Assembly (NCBI GenBank): GCA_973895155.1
Contig: OZ316898.1
Coordinates: 17,536,752 to 17,600,751, forward strand
Length of the DNA stretch: 64,000 nucleotides
From: Marsupella aquatica
Taxonomy: Eukaryota; Plantae; Marchantiophyta
Reading direction: 5' to 3'
The notes under the pieces were generated by a model. It searched no databases. It worked only from the letters and a program-made list of their open reading frames with translations, and was not told the DNA's origin. Positions 1 through 13,563 of the stretch are shown in pieces (positions within the stretch are counted from its first letter, which is position 1; each line of letters begins with the position of its first letter). A program made the translations under genes and the position numbers.

Positions 1-1041
1 TTTTCTCGACAAACGTACTGTACCGATCTGTATCCGAGAAAACATGTTTTGCGAGATTTTTTGGAGACGATTATTTCCTAGTGAAAATAATTTCTTAAAA
101 CCACTCCGACAAAAGGATCTACCGCTAACTGAGTAACCACTTGCACCAGCATGCCCACCCTTCACACATCCTCTTAGAAGGACGTTCTTCTCTGGGTAGG
201 ATAGCCCATAGTAATAAGTGCGTTGTTTCGTCACGGCTAGCAGACCCAAATTCCTCAGACAGTAATTATCACAACACGAATACTTATGAATTTCTCTCAT
301 TTTGTTTCTATTCAATTCGTCATTTATCACATTGTCTTTCCTAGTAATTCGGTCCCTATCTTTTTTACTAGGCTCATTTGACTTCTCTACAGCCTGAAAT
401 CCGTTCATAACTTTGGCATTTTTGGGTCCTTCAGGTGCCTCGCGAATAGATGCATCACTCTCTGCTGAGCTACTATCCTCTATAGATCTCCTTGACGCAT
501 TTAGAGGGGCACTGAATAGACGACTATAACTATTCTCTTCGACAGCTCCTTCTAAACATTCAGACACAACTTGTGCTATTATATCGGATTCTCTATCTCC
601 TTCCTCATTTTCGTCCTCCGATGCACTCGACTCATCTGAAAACACAATTGGACTCCGTGGCTCTCTATACATAACCCGAACGCCACTAAGACCTCTCCTC
701 AATACTTGGAGCCTGGAACCAATGACAGTCCGCCCTTGAGAACTTGGAGATTTTGGATTTGCATGTGCAGTCCCAACGACTCCGCGAGCTGCTGGAAAAT
801 GGAGCACTTGTTCACCACGATTCCCATGGACCATTCGAGAAAGGGCCGAGTCTGGACTTCGCAGTCCGATTCCCTCGCTTGCTCGCACATCCAATCCAGG
901 CAATGCAAAGACCGATCGCCGTATCGGTCTTTGTATTTCTGTGTCCCGATCCTCACCCGGAGACTGAAAGATCCATCGTTGAATGTGGCGACTTGAATGC
1001 CGACTGTGATACGCGTATCGGTCGCCGGATACCCTCTCCAT
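1..1041 (-). mobile_element. Partial transposase-like ORF (DUF7869/Sola-like N-terminal region), continues beyond the left window edge
   Basis: Manual translation shows the minus-strand frame is stop-free from 1077 to base 1 (first ATG 1041); it is absent from the ORF track because no stop lies in the window. It encodes an acidic/Ser-rich stretch, then 'SCCDNYCLRNLGLLAVTKQRTYYYGLSYPEKNVLL...GYSVSGRSFCRSGFKKLFSLGNNRLQKI'. This resembles the Cys-rich N-terminal pattern of DUF7869/Sola-type transposases. The family call is pattern recall, and the true start and any introns are uncertain. Confidence 0.5.
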
Positions 1042-1622
1042 AACCCGGGATGGATGGCCTAAAGCGACGTCTCGGACCTAAACCTAGGATTGAAAGTTTC
1101 TCATTTCTTGGCGATGGAACGCTCAAGAGACGACACTTCTCAGGTTTACTAGGCGACACATAGTAAGCACTGGGCTCAGGATCAGAACTTGCATCAGAAT
1201 CTGAGTCAGAGATTTTGGGCACTATTTGCTGTGAGAGAGGTAGAGCTTTAAGTATGCGACTTGGCAAACAGCGAGCGACAAGATTAGGAGAGGATTCAAC
1301 TGAACTGGAAGGTGAATCTGTGTCTGATTGAGACATGGCTATCCGAGACACTATGGGGCTTTGCATTCCTCCCGCAATCAGGGAAAATGAAAGGCTCAAC
1401 GGACAGAATGTTGCTCCAAGAACACAACTCCCAAAACTCTACTCTCGATAATGATGCCAAAAACTTATCGGCGGTGGCCCTTTTATAGTGTCTGTTGAGG
1501 GGTTGGCCCACGTGTCCACTTTTGATTGGCTGTCACCCTAAACGACAAAATAGCAAAAAAGGGTATATTTCTTGGATTTCCAATTTCATTCTCACACGTG
1601 CATCATGGCAAAATTATATAGT

Positions 1623-1913
1623 TTTGAAATTGAAGCGATAAATTTATCTGATGTTGGTATTGCAAAAGTGGTTCCTTCATATGGAAGTTGCAATTTGAAA
1701 TTGAAGCGATAAATTTATCTGATGTTGGTATTGCAAAAGTGGTTCCTTCATATGGAAGTTGCAATTTGAAATTGAAGCGATAAATTTATCTGATGTTGGT
1801 ATTGCAAAAGTGGTTCCTTCATATGGAAGTTGCAATTTTGAAATTGAAGCGATAAATTTATCTGATGTTGGTATTGCAAAGAGTTTTCTTCATATGGATA
1901 GAAATTTTGAAAT
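1623..1913. repeat. Tandem repeat, ~4 copies of a 71-72 bp unit
   Basis: GAAATTGAAGCGATAAATTTATCTGATGTTGGTATTGCAAA recurs at 1626, 1697, 1768 and 1840. Confidence 0.95.
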
Positions 1914-4900
1914 TTAACCGATGAACTGAAGGATCTTAGTATTGTCAACTAGTATTTTTGTCGCCCGTAGTTTTCGCGATAATTTTATCGGATTGCGCAT
2001 TGCTGTTGAAAGAATGGCATGTTGACTATGGTCACTTGCGAAGGTAACTGGTCAATTGCGGAGGTAACTGCAAGGTAAGTTTGACGAACCGTGCAGTAAT
2101 TCTTATCGACTGTGATGTAAAATATTTTTGGTAAATATCCAAAAACTGATAAAACTGAGATTGGGTCGGAGCTTTCATGGCTCAAATCCGGAGTCCGATA
2201 CAGTTATCGCACTTGGCTCGAAACGTGGATATGGATTTATAGATGAGACCTTTCATATATCTTCGGAGAGCGTGAATATGAGGTTGAGGAGAAAGATTTT
2301 TGGATCTAATTGTTCCTTGATAATATGAATGTTTGTTAGCATGAATTTCATTGGTTTTGATCATTATTTAATTTGCTGTTTCAATCCGAACTCCGATACG
2401 AATTACATTATTTCCCCAAAAACGTGTTTTTGATGAAAAAAACTGCCGATTTCGCAAGATTTGGCAGAAAATGAAAATACACTTCTCGTTTAGAGGAAAT
2501 CGTTCTCGTTCGGTCCGAAATCGTGTTTCTGGCTGTTGGTGTGGTCCACGCGTCGAATCGTCATTTTTCTTGGACGTGATATGCTAGTCCTGCATGTCCT
2601 CCTGTGTCACTGTCCTGCATGTCCTCCTGTGTATTTCTTTACTGGACCTTTTTATCTTACCTCCGTTGGAATCGATACTGAGAAGGTTGCCACACATATA
2701 TTGCAAGTTGTAATTACTGCTGACAAGTTACTCTTGTTCTTTGCCCTTCTTATGTTACTGTCCCTCAGACATTCGAACTTATCTTCTTCTTACTTCAATG
2801 ATCCTGCTGGGAACATCTGACCGGTTCTTGGAGAATATATCTTACATTTACTGAATTTGATTTGGAGTCCTGGTATTCCTGTCGTCATCTGGTTTCTTGT
2901 TTTGTACATCCGTTGATGCCTGTTTCATAACAGCAATTGGCCGTCGTATTAGATCAATGGTAATCCTTGGTGTTTAGGTTAATTCATTTATAGTTCTTGG
3001 GATCCTTTGTTTGTTCTTTATTTTAATTAGTAACTCTTAGGCACTTTTTGTGTGTTTTTACCTCTTGACGCTAATTTATGGTTCGTCTTTGTTTTCTTCT
3101 TCCCTACACCGTAACACGAGGTTTGTTATGCAATTTGTACTAGATTGCTGACAATTCTTACCATGTTCTTTGTTAATAGCACTGCATTTGCTCAACCTTC
3201 ACTGTCTATATTCCTGGTAATAGTACTGTATATCATTTATTTATTGCTTGCGCTTATTGAATAGAAACTTTGATGTGAATACTTTACACTTTGTATGTTG
3301 AACGGAGTACTTATCTTCCTTCTTGAAAGTGTCTTGGGGACTTTGGCTCGACAACAGCCTGCGTTACTTGCCACCTAGAAGTCCTACTGATATTTCTACG
3401 CGGGCTGTCCTCACTTTGCATTGGGCACGTGACGATTTTCCTATACTACCTGATCTACTTCTGTCCACCTTCAACTCTCTCCTCTGCCATTGCCGTTCTC
3501 CTTCACACTCTTTCCTCTGCCATTGTCTTCCGCCTCCGTCACCGCCTCCGTCCCAGCGTTCAACACCAAATATTTTTGAGGGAAAAAATCCTAATTTAAT
3601 TATTTTTCTCAACATCATTTTTTTAGCAAATAAAACTCTAAGGAAAGCTACTAGATTTTCGTTTGGGGGATCCTTGAACACCTTTAGTTATAATGATCTA
3701 TATGTGCTAAAGTTAAAAAACCTTTTTCATCCATGATACATTCTAAGTCTTAAGACATTAATTAATTATTGTTCTCACCTTCACAAGCTTTATACAAGAA
3801 ACACTACAAGACAAGTTACTGTACTTCAGTTCAGGGTATCCTCACACATACCTTTAAGGCCTTTAGTGAGTATATATTTCCCCTTATCTTCTTCTACACA
3901 TGTTTGTTTGATCTCTCCATGCATGAGACTTTTGTCTCTCTCGTAGGTCTTGATTCTTTGCTCTCAATTCAGTGGTTTCAGCAACAGCTCAATCTTTTTG
4001 AATTTCTTATGGTGGTTCTGGGCTTATTTCCAATGAATTCATGGCACCTTTGGCCTTTTCGGAGCATGGGCAGCACTGCATCATTCTGAATTTTAAACTG
4101 ATGGCTCCTTTGCTGACTCAGGGTAGATTTTAGGTTCATTTTGAAGAGGCATGGTAGTCACTTACTACCAGACCCTGTTTAAGTTGCCTTACCTTAAATT
4201 CAGGAGTTTTTGTCTTTGGACCCATTCAGTCTTCAAGCTGACCTAGGCTTGTGTAGGCACGCTTTTCACCCTATTTCACCCTCTCTAGCATCCCAGCCAA
4301 GGCACCTGAAACAAATCAATCTTGGATTCTTTTCTGAAGGGGGTGGCTTCAGGTCTGACCTTGATGATCCCCTCAATTTCAGTCCAAACTAGCCCCCCTC
4401 AACAATCCATTTGAGGCTATATATGGATCCTTGAAAGTGCATTAATGGCACTCTCAGGCTGTTCACGCCTGTTGCCCGAGACGTTTGCACATGACATACA
4501 ATCATATCAATACAGTGCGGTAGAGTGTACGAGTGTAGAGTATACGAGTGTGGAGATGGAGCTACTGTATTTGAACCTTCTGGAGGGTCAAGCGTTTCTT
4601 TTTGCACAAACCCCACGCAAAAATGTCTACTGATAAAGCTCTTGACTGTTAAAATAAAATTGTTTTCATTGAGGCCCATTCCTTTTTTTGTATTAAATTT
4701 TATTTATTTTTAGCTGTCGAATGGCAAGACTAACCTTAGTATTTGGTCTCAAACCCAAATGCAAGTGTTACATATCAAGGCAAGGAAATCAATCGTCAAA
4801 GACTCCTATGGGGTGTCTAGGCTAGTCCACATTTTTTTCCCCTTGCCCTTTAATAAATAGGTAAGGTTTTCCTTTGCCCAACGGAGCAATCTGGTTTGTA

Positions 4901-6299
4901 CTCTTTCTTTCTTTTTTCTAGTCCACAGTGTGTTTTTTTGGTTTTTTTTGTTGTTTTTTTGGAGGCTCAGTCCGTTTTACAGAATCCCCACCCAAAAGCA
5001 TCTTAGTTTAGACAATGCTCTTGGAATGGAGTTAGTAGTAAGTTTCAATATGTGTGCGGGCTCCTTTAGAAACAAATGTCTCCCAGAAGTGGGGTTAGGA
5101 CAAAGCCCATGTCATAGCATCTCTAACCCACTCAGTCTGACAACATTATTTTTCTAGTTCATTATATATATTATATATCTAATATAATATGGTAAAGTGA
5201 ACTGAAAAGCAGCGGCCCCAACCTTGTTGAGGTAATTTCGTTAAACAGCAGATATCAGCATCTGGTAGCCATAGATTGAAATCTTGAAAACCTAATAAGG
5301 AACCCACCAAGGGGTCAACAGCTGTATAATCTTCCATATGCAGATGTGTCCTAGTAATAGCACATCAAAACAATCTCTTCCATATGCAGATTACGTCCTG
5401 GTCTTGCATATCAAATACATTGCATATCAAAGACGGACTGAAGATGCAGATTTAGAACTTACAACAATCTAGCTATCTCTTCCATATGGAAATGGAGTCC
5501 GGTAATTGAACATCAATAACAGGTTGCATATGCATTTTTAGAACAACAATCTATGATTGAACTTTAACAATTGAGTTTATCATGGTAAGAAATAACATTA
5601 TATAATACACTATGTACATTCACATGTTGATTTGCAAAATATTGGGATACATACACATCTATAAACAGAAAACGAAACTCTTCCTGAGAAATCAATATCA
5701 TTGGGGTGCGTGTGGGGTGGTACCTGACTTTTTGTTGGTTGGTCAACATTTGGTGTGGGTTGTACCTGGCTTTTTGCATTTTTGTGGTGCATTTGCACTG
5801 CTGGTAAGCACACAATGTGGTCAGTTGCACTCATTGATTTAAAGACAAATCAATTAGGTTTATCACTGTATGGATGGATCATAGTATGGACTAATAAAAT
5901 ACACCTTATTTGTCATATTTTGATGTGCAGGTACCGGGACCCATTACATTTGGGTGGGTATCTCAGAGATGCTCTCGGTTTGTTTGTGAATGCAATGAAT
6001 GAACTTTGAAATACGTTTCCTTGAATCTCATTCCACTACAATCTCATTGTGTCTGCTCGAACTTTGCTTGCAGACAAACTGTGCTTTTATTCGACTGTTG
6101 CATCTACCGAACTGAATTTCTTGTCTAGGTGTGTAACTGATTCAGTTGCTTCGGGTGTTTTCTTGTCTCAGGTTAGCGATTCGGCCCTCGAATTTGTAAC
6201 GAAGGTTTTCGTTCTCTTTCTAAGAAGCTGAGCTCACTGCGTAGAACTCCGTTTGAGCGGAAATTGGAATTCGATCGTATGGTCGGAAGTTCAGTATCC

Positions 6300-8544
6300 A
6301 TGGACAGCTTCGTGTCCGAGGTGTCCTGGGTCTTCTGGGTGTCGTGCGCGGTTGTGGCGTCGTGGTATGCATTAAAATTGCTGCTCCCGGGAACCAAAAG
6401 GGCACACTTACCACCATCGCCAGGCGTGATGCCCTGTTTTGGGCTCCTTCCCGTTCATGGGAGTCACAGCCAGCGAACCGTCGCACAAGATGTTTTCTCG
6501 CCTAGCTGAGAAACTCGGCCCGATAATATACCTCAGACTGGGAGCCAGCCACGCAATTGTCGTCTCCAACGATGACATTGCCAAACAGGTCTTGAAGGAC
6601 CAAGACCACATCTTTTGTTCTCGCCCCAATCTTCTGCCGTTAAGTATCTGGGTATGAGTTACCGTGCATTGGCATTCGCGCAGAGTGGCGAGTACCACAA
6701 GCGCGTCCGCAAGATCTATAGCCAGGCGTTATTCAATCTAAAGCGACTCAATGGTACACAGAAGACGCGTGAGAACGGAGTGTTCTTCGCCCTCGCAGCT
6801 CTATATCAGCGGCACAAGGAAGGGGCGGAAGTCATCGACTTGACGTCCGAGCTCAAGGATCTGAGTCTAAATAGCATCTTGAGTATGTTGTTCAGACGTA
6901 AGGATGCCACATACAAGGGGGACACAAACATCGGGACAGTAAAGGTGTCCGATTTGAAGGCTCTGATTAGAGAGGTTATGGCGCTAGCGGGCGAGTTCAA
7001 TGCCGGAGACTTCATCACAATTGCACGCTGGTTTGACTTGCAGGGAGTGATTAGGCGCATGAAAAAGATGAACAAAAGGCTGACCGAGTATGCGGCAGCT
7101 CTCATTGAAGAGTACGGACAAGATGGCAAAAGGAGCGCAGACGACCCTGACGCCAACATTTACGACGTGCTTCTGTCATTAGAGGGAGAGGACAAGCTCA
7201 ATGCATTGGACCTGTCCGGAATCACGTTTGTGAGTATCCACAGCGCTGTACCCTGCTTTACTGTAGCTTAAGCATTTCAAAATCTTACAATCGATAGCAA
7301 AGTGTCCATGGACTTGGTTTACTCTGGAGCTTACCCTCATGACAATTTCAACGACAGTGACGCAGGGTACAAAACGAGTCAGAGGCAAGAGAAAAGGATT
7401 GTAAGGAACCTTGTATAAGAAGAGCGGGCTGGGTTCCGTGTTTTCACAAATATTTGGATTGTTTTGGTGGTGAGAGGAGATAAGGATGAAGACATTCAAG
7501 GAGATTCTTTGTCTGGATGGAAATTCATTTCGGTCAGGAATTGTGAAAAGTTAGTTGGAAAGTTGTATATAAACACAATTTGGATCCAAGGGGAAATTGA
7601 GTGATTATGGTGGCCGCTGTCACAACGTTTGGAAATGAGAATTTTGGTTCTTTTTCGTCCTGGGTCACTCGGATTTTAATTTTGACCTTCATGATTTATT
7701 CTTGGAGCTACCCCTTACGTACTCCAGACTACATTAAAAACTAATGTTGTTGTAGTATGTATGGATGGACAAAATATTACTGTCGTTCATATCATAAAAA
7801 CAATCTAGGATTCTAGCTCGATCATGGGCTAATGGCTATCGTCCTTCTATGCGTATGTCGATGGAATGATGTTTCCAAATGTCATTTATGCAGGACCTTG
7901 TCGTCGGAGGGAGCGACACAACAGGGCATTCAACAGACTGGACAATCGCCGAGCTACTGAAGCAACCCACGCTTCTTCACAGGCTGCAAGCCGAGCTTGA
8001 CAGCGTCGTCGGGAAGGACCGGTTTGTGAGTGAGGCAGACTTACCGAGCTTGCCGTTCCTCCAGGCCGTGGTGAAGGAGTCCCTCCGACTGCACCCGCCG
8101 GCCCCTCTAGCCCTCCCGCACTGCAGCTTAGCGGACACTAAGCTCGCCGGCTATGACATCCCCGCGGGAACGACTACGCTGATAAATTTGTTCGCCATCA
8201 GCCGCGACCCGAAGCATTGGCCTGAGCCGCTGCGGTTCGACCCTGATCGCTTCTTCAAGCAAGAAAAGGACATTAGCCTGTTTCGATCTTCGTACCACCT
8301 CTTGCCCTTCTCCTCCGGGCGGCGGGTTTGCCCTGGAATGGTCATGGGTTTCACAATGATCCAATTCCTGGTGGCCAACTTCATACACAGCTTTGAATTC
8401 CAAGCGGCCGGGGGACTGTCTAACGAAAGTATTGATGTCATCAACGAGACCCCTTCCCTCATTTCCGAGCGAGCTCAGCACCTCATGGTCACTGTCACTC
8501 CTCGACTAAACTCTGCCGTCTTTGAAAACTTCTTACACGAATAA
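6300..8544 (+). pseudogene. Cytochrome P450 (CYP71 clan/A-type) with two frameshifts; exons 6300-7229 and 7894-8544
   Basis: Has an N-terminal anchor plus LPPSPG hinge, I-helix GGSDTT, ESLR (ExxR), PDRF and heme motif PFSSGRRVCPG. There is a single phase-0 GT-AG intron before DL..GGSDT. Compared with the paralog at 10860-13563, there is a +1 indel at ~6435 and a -1 indel at ~6633, with an in-frame TGA at 6507-6509 between them. Confidence 0.8.
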
Positions 8545-9059
8545 TTAATGTGGTGTATCCCCTTTGGATCCTGACATTGGGCCTTCTCCAATTAGTTGAT
8601 TCGGATCAAATCCAATATTGGGTTTAGTCTCGATTTCAGTATTCGTGGACATCCTGACCCCTTTGTATTTCCCGGTTTCACTTCCAATTGTCACGCATTG
8701 TAAATGTCCTCTGCTTGGTGGGTTCTTTGGGCTGTGGCTCCTCCCCTTGGATGTGTCCTAGCTTGAACACATCTTCTCAATTTTCTATCTTACCGATACC
8801 GTGACAACAAAATAGTTGACTGAGCGTTTCCTGCCAGTTTCAATTACCTATACGTAGGAAGCGAAGACTATCAAATGCAAACACGAACTCTCGAAGAATT
8901 GAATTTCTGCAGCTTGTTACTATTTAGTATCTGAAAAATAATAAGAAGTGAAACTTAGTTGAGAAGTCAGACTAGGATTACAATGCCGCTACTCAGAGTA
9001 TCTTATCCAGCCGGTAATGAGTCGTTGAGTCCAGTTTGATTAATTTCATCATATATAAA

Positions 9060-9360
9060 TGTTATGACATGCAATCTGAGCGACACAGAAAAGAACGAAC
9101 AATCCCTGCCTCAACAAAGAGGGGAACAAAAACATATAGTACCCCGAAGGGGAGGCAGTGAAACAAACCACCACTTGGCAAGCAAGAAGCCACGGTGGGG
9201 AAAAAAGCGATGCAACTGATCGGTCCTACTCAGATGGAATCAAAGAGTCAGAGCAGGAGCCATCCCGCCATACTAAACTAAACTAACTGTGATGTCGATA
9301 GCCGATGGAAAAGAACAGGCGTCAAGTGACACCTGACAAATGTTAACATGGTATCAAAGC
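9060..9360 (+). mobile_element. Probable LTR remnant followed by tRNA-iMet primer-binding site
   Basis: ...TTAACA (ending 9348) is immediately followed by TGGTATCAAAGC (9349-9360), one mismatch from the canonical plant PBS TGGTATCAGAGC. A candidate TG start lies at 9060; this left boundary is tentative. Confidence 0.5.
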
Positions 9361-10859
9361 CCTGGCCTCTGAGATTCGGACTGTGAGAGAGTTCCAGTCC
9401 TTGACAGAAATTTGTAGGAGTTCACAATGGAGTTTCGTGGATACAAGTACTTGAGATCTTCCTTTAGGATCGTATTTGAGCACTTCATTTGGGGAGGGCA
9501 AGTCTCTAGTTTGGATCGTGCTAGTGTTTGGCAAAGTTGGGACTTTTTGTGCATCTCCAACACTCAATCCTATGCACTCAAAAATTATCACATGTGTAAA
9601 GTCCATAAGATGCAAGTAATCAAGCAAGTTGAAGTTTCAGAATATAATCTAGAGAATATTTCGAGAATCCAATAAACATTCAGGAAACACAGAGCTGGTA
9701 TATTAGTTGGCAAGCCCAGTAGATTGAACAAATATGGCAATTACGAGAGATGATGAACAAAGAAATCAAGCAAAAATAGAGTTCTCTAAATTAAAGAGTA
9801 TGTACATTGCAGAACTTTCTACACTGTTCAATGTAATTAGTGCTTGTCACACTAATTTGTGAGCAGACAGTATTGGGCTCTGCCCATGAATTAGTGTTAC
9901 TCGCACTAATTTTGCTGTATAACTAATTACGAGTGCATGTACACTAAGCTATTTTGGTCTCAAGAGTGAAAAAAATAATGGAGGAAAAGTATTTTGAAAT
10001 ATCCACCCTGATATCCACAATAGTCAATGCTATTTTGGACTCAATATCACCCATTTCTACTAGTACTCCAGGAAGAGTGAAGAAGAAACTATTTTAATAC
10101 CCACAAGAATTAGTCTTACATTGAACTCAAGATCAATTTTCACCCTATTAGTGTTAGTAACACTAATTTGGTAGTAAAGCTAACCCTTAGGTCATACTAA
10201 TATGGTAGTAATGGATCACTTTTCACAAAATTCGTATAGTAGCACTAATTGGGTAGTAACGCTAATCATTAGGTAACAATAGTAAAGGTGAACAGTATAG
10301 TGTTCTCTATCCTTGATACATATAACGTGGGTCTCTTACTAAAATTGTGAAGTATGTACATGCTAGGTCTCACTCAGTTGTAATTCAGTTCGCCTTACTT
10401 AGAGAGTCGGGCGACTGATTTGATGAGAAACTGTGACTGACCGCAATGTAATTTCTAGTGACTTCTCTGCTAATGTCAGTTCTAATTTGAGATTCTAAGC
10501 TAAAAACAAGCAGCTGCACGAATTCAATTCGTACGTAGAGAGTCAATATTTGCATTTGATAGTCCGCGTTTCCTCGATATACATGTAGGTCGCTGAAACT
10601 GGCAGAAAACGCTCAGTCAAGTATTTCGGTGTCACGGTATCGGAGACAGGAAATTGAGAAAATCTGTTCCATTGTGTGCAGTGAGACATCTGCACACCTA
10701 GCCACAGCCCAAGAAGCCACCAAGGAGAGGTCCATTACAAGACAAGACAATTGGAAGAGAGGCCGCGAAATCAAGATTGAACTTAACCCAATGTTGGTTT
10801 TGTTCCGAATCCACTGAGCTTCTGAAGGCCCGCTGTGGGGTCCGAAGTGGCACACCACA

Positions 10860-13563
10860 TCACTTGTGTGAGAACTTTTCATAGAGTGCAGAGTTTAGTC
10901 GAGGAGTGACATTGACCATGAGTGGCTGAGATCGCAGAGACATGACGGAAGGGATCTCGTTGACGACATCAATATTTTCGTGAGAGATACCCCCGGCCAT
11001 TTGGAATTCAAAGCTGTGTACGAAGTTGGCGACCATGAGTTGGACTAGTGTGAAACCCATGATCATTCCAGGGCAACCGCGCCGCCCAGAGGAGAAGGGC
11101 AAGAGTTGGAACGAAGTTCCAAACAGGCTAATGTCCTTTTCCTTCCCGAAGAAGCGGTCGGGGTTGAACCGCAGCGGCTCAGGCCAATTCTTCGGGTCGC
11201 GGTTGATGGCGAAGAAGTTTATCACGGTGGTCGTTCCCGCGGGGATGTCATAGCCGGCGAGCTTAGTGTCCGCCATGCTTAAGTGCGGGAGGCCTAGGGG
11301 AGCCGGCGGGTGGAGCCGGAGGGTCTCCTTCGCCACTGCTCGGAGGAACGGCAGGCTCGGTAGGTCTGCCTCAGCCACAAACCTCTCCTTCCCGACGACG
11401 CTGTCGAGCTCGGCTCGCAGCCTGTGAAGGAGCTCGGGGTGCCTCAGTAGCTCGGCGATTGCCCAGTCTGTTGAATTCCCTGTTGTGTCGCTCCCTCCGA
11501 TGACAAGGTCCTGCATCAATGCCATCCAGGACCATATATCCATCAACATCGAGATAGAAGGACAATAGCTGCGTACCGTAAAGGCTCATGACCTGGAATC
11601 CTGGATCGTGTTTATGGTATGGACTACCTCACAGTTTGCCATTAAGACTACAGACCACTTTTCACTGAAGCCTCCAAACGCTCCAAGTTTAAACCCCGAA
11701 GGTCGACACTAAAATCCATTCACACGAAGACAATAGAGAACAAAGATTCTCATTACCGAAGGTTAACAGCGGCCACCATCATCACTCAATTTCCCCTAAG
11801 TGGTTCGAATAGTGTTAGTGACCATCGACAGGAGCTATATATTTTCAAGCGCAATTCGTAAAAGAAATGGGGATTCTTGGGGGAAAGAAGGGGTGGCCTT
11901 CCACTCAAACAGGGAATGCACTAACGGACAACACACTGAGATGGTTCATTATACAAGACCGTCAAATTATGCTATCGACGGTGAGAGACAGGATCCGATT
12001 CGAGATCGATCTGCTCACCATTCCATGTGTCCTTGCCCTTACGTCTCGTACTGTATTCCACTCTCCCGGTAACAAAGGTGTGTGAGAAGTCTGGACAATA
12101 ATTCGTTGCACCTGGTGGCCTATGGACTATCACGAGGACCTACCAAACATGAAATATTTGGTGATGACGAAAAGAACATACTATATTATGTTGGATTGCT
12201 GACATGTGTATGTGACGACAGTGCTGATCGACTACAATATGTTTCTGACGAGATGACCAGTAACTAATGACACGATGTACACGCGGCGCCCGTTCACATT
12301 TTTGAAGCAAATGCTACAGACTAGCCATGGCAAAACTTCGGTCCACCCGATTTCACCATTAATAGTAAGCTTTTTGTGAAATCATGGAGCAGACTCGATC
12401 ACAATGTAGAGGAAAGGAATGAGTGGAAGTTACTAGCTTTTCTTTGAATCGTGCAGACGGACAAGTTAGAGGCAGGAAGTGAGTCGAAGTATTACGAGCA
12501 GACCGGCAAGATAGAGAAAGAGAGTGGAATGTGGAACCACAAGGAGAAGTCTTGCACAATTCCCTATACGGCCAGAGGCGGTTTAAGCTACAATACAAAT
12601 TACTTAGAAGCGAAGACCAGGGTTGCTGATACTCACATACGTGACTCCGGACAGGTCCATTGCATTGAGCCTATCCTCTCCCTCTAGTGACAGGAGCACG
12701 TCGAAAATGGTGGCGTCAGGTGCGTCACCGCTCTTTTTGCCATCCCGTTCGTACCCTTCAATGAGAGCTGCTGCAACGTCCCTCATCTTTTTGTTCACAT
12801 TTTTCAAGCGTCCCATCACTCCCTGCAAGTCAAACCAGCGTGCAATGGTGATGAAATCTCCGGCGTTGAACTCGCCCGCTAGCTTACAAACCTCTCTAAT
12901 CAGAACCTTCAGTTCGGACACCTTTACAGTCCCGATGCTCTTGTCCCCATTAAATTCGCCAACCTTCCATCTGAACAATGTACTCAAGAGGTTATTTAAA
13001 CTCAGATCCTTGATCACGGCTGTCAAGTTGACTTCCTCCCCTTCCTTTTGACGCTGATATACAGCTCCGAGCGCCAAATACACTCCGTTCTCGCGTGTCG
13101 CGTGTGTGCCTTGGACTCGCTTTGGAGCGAATAACTCCTGGCTGTAGATCTTACGGAGGCGCTTGTGGTACTCGCCACTCGGTGCGAATCCCATGGTACG
13201 GTAATCCATACCCAGATACTTACCGACAGAAATATTGGGGCGGGAAGAAAATATATGGTCTTGATCCTTCAAGACCTCTTTGGCAATGTCCCCGCTGGAG
13301 ATGACAATTGCGTCGCTGGATCCCAGTCTGAGGTATATTATCGGGCCGAGTTTCTCAGCTAGGCGAGTAAACATCTTGTGCGACGGTTGGCTGGGTGAGA
13401 CTCCCATGAACGGGAAGGAGCCCACAATTGGCATCACGCCTGGTGATGGTGGTAAGTTTGCCCTTTTGGTTCCTGGGAGCAGGAATTTATAAGCAAACCA
13501 CGACCCCACAGCCGCGCACAACACACAGCAGAGCCAGGTTACCTCGGACGCAAACTTCTCCAT
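10860..13563 (-). CDS. Cytochrome P450, CYP71 clan (A-type); exons 13563-12637 and 11510-10860, ~525 aa
   Basis: MEKFASEVTW membrane anchor, LPPSPG, GGSDTT, ETLR, PDRF and PFSSGRRGCPG are all present. A single phase-0 intron (GTGAGT...ATGCAG) sits at the position typical of A-type plant P450s, and the frame is intact. Confidence 0.93.

Noticed and set aside
1623-1913. Regular repeat array as a possible CRISPR
   Set aside because: The units are head-to-tail with no unique spacers, the context is eukaryotic, and there are no cas genes. The same applies to 20336-20720.
8128-8481. Antisense ORFs overlapping P450 and ABCG exons (also 12623-13051, 41010-41432)
   Set aside because: These are shadow ORFs of GC-rich coding exons with no recognisable motifs.
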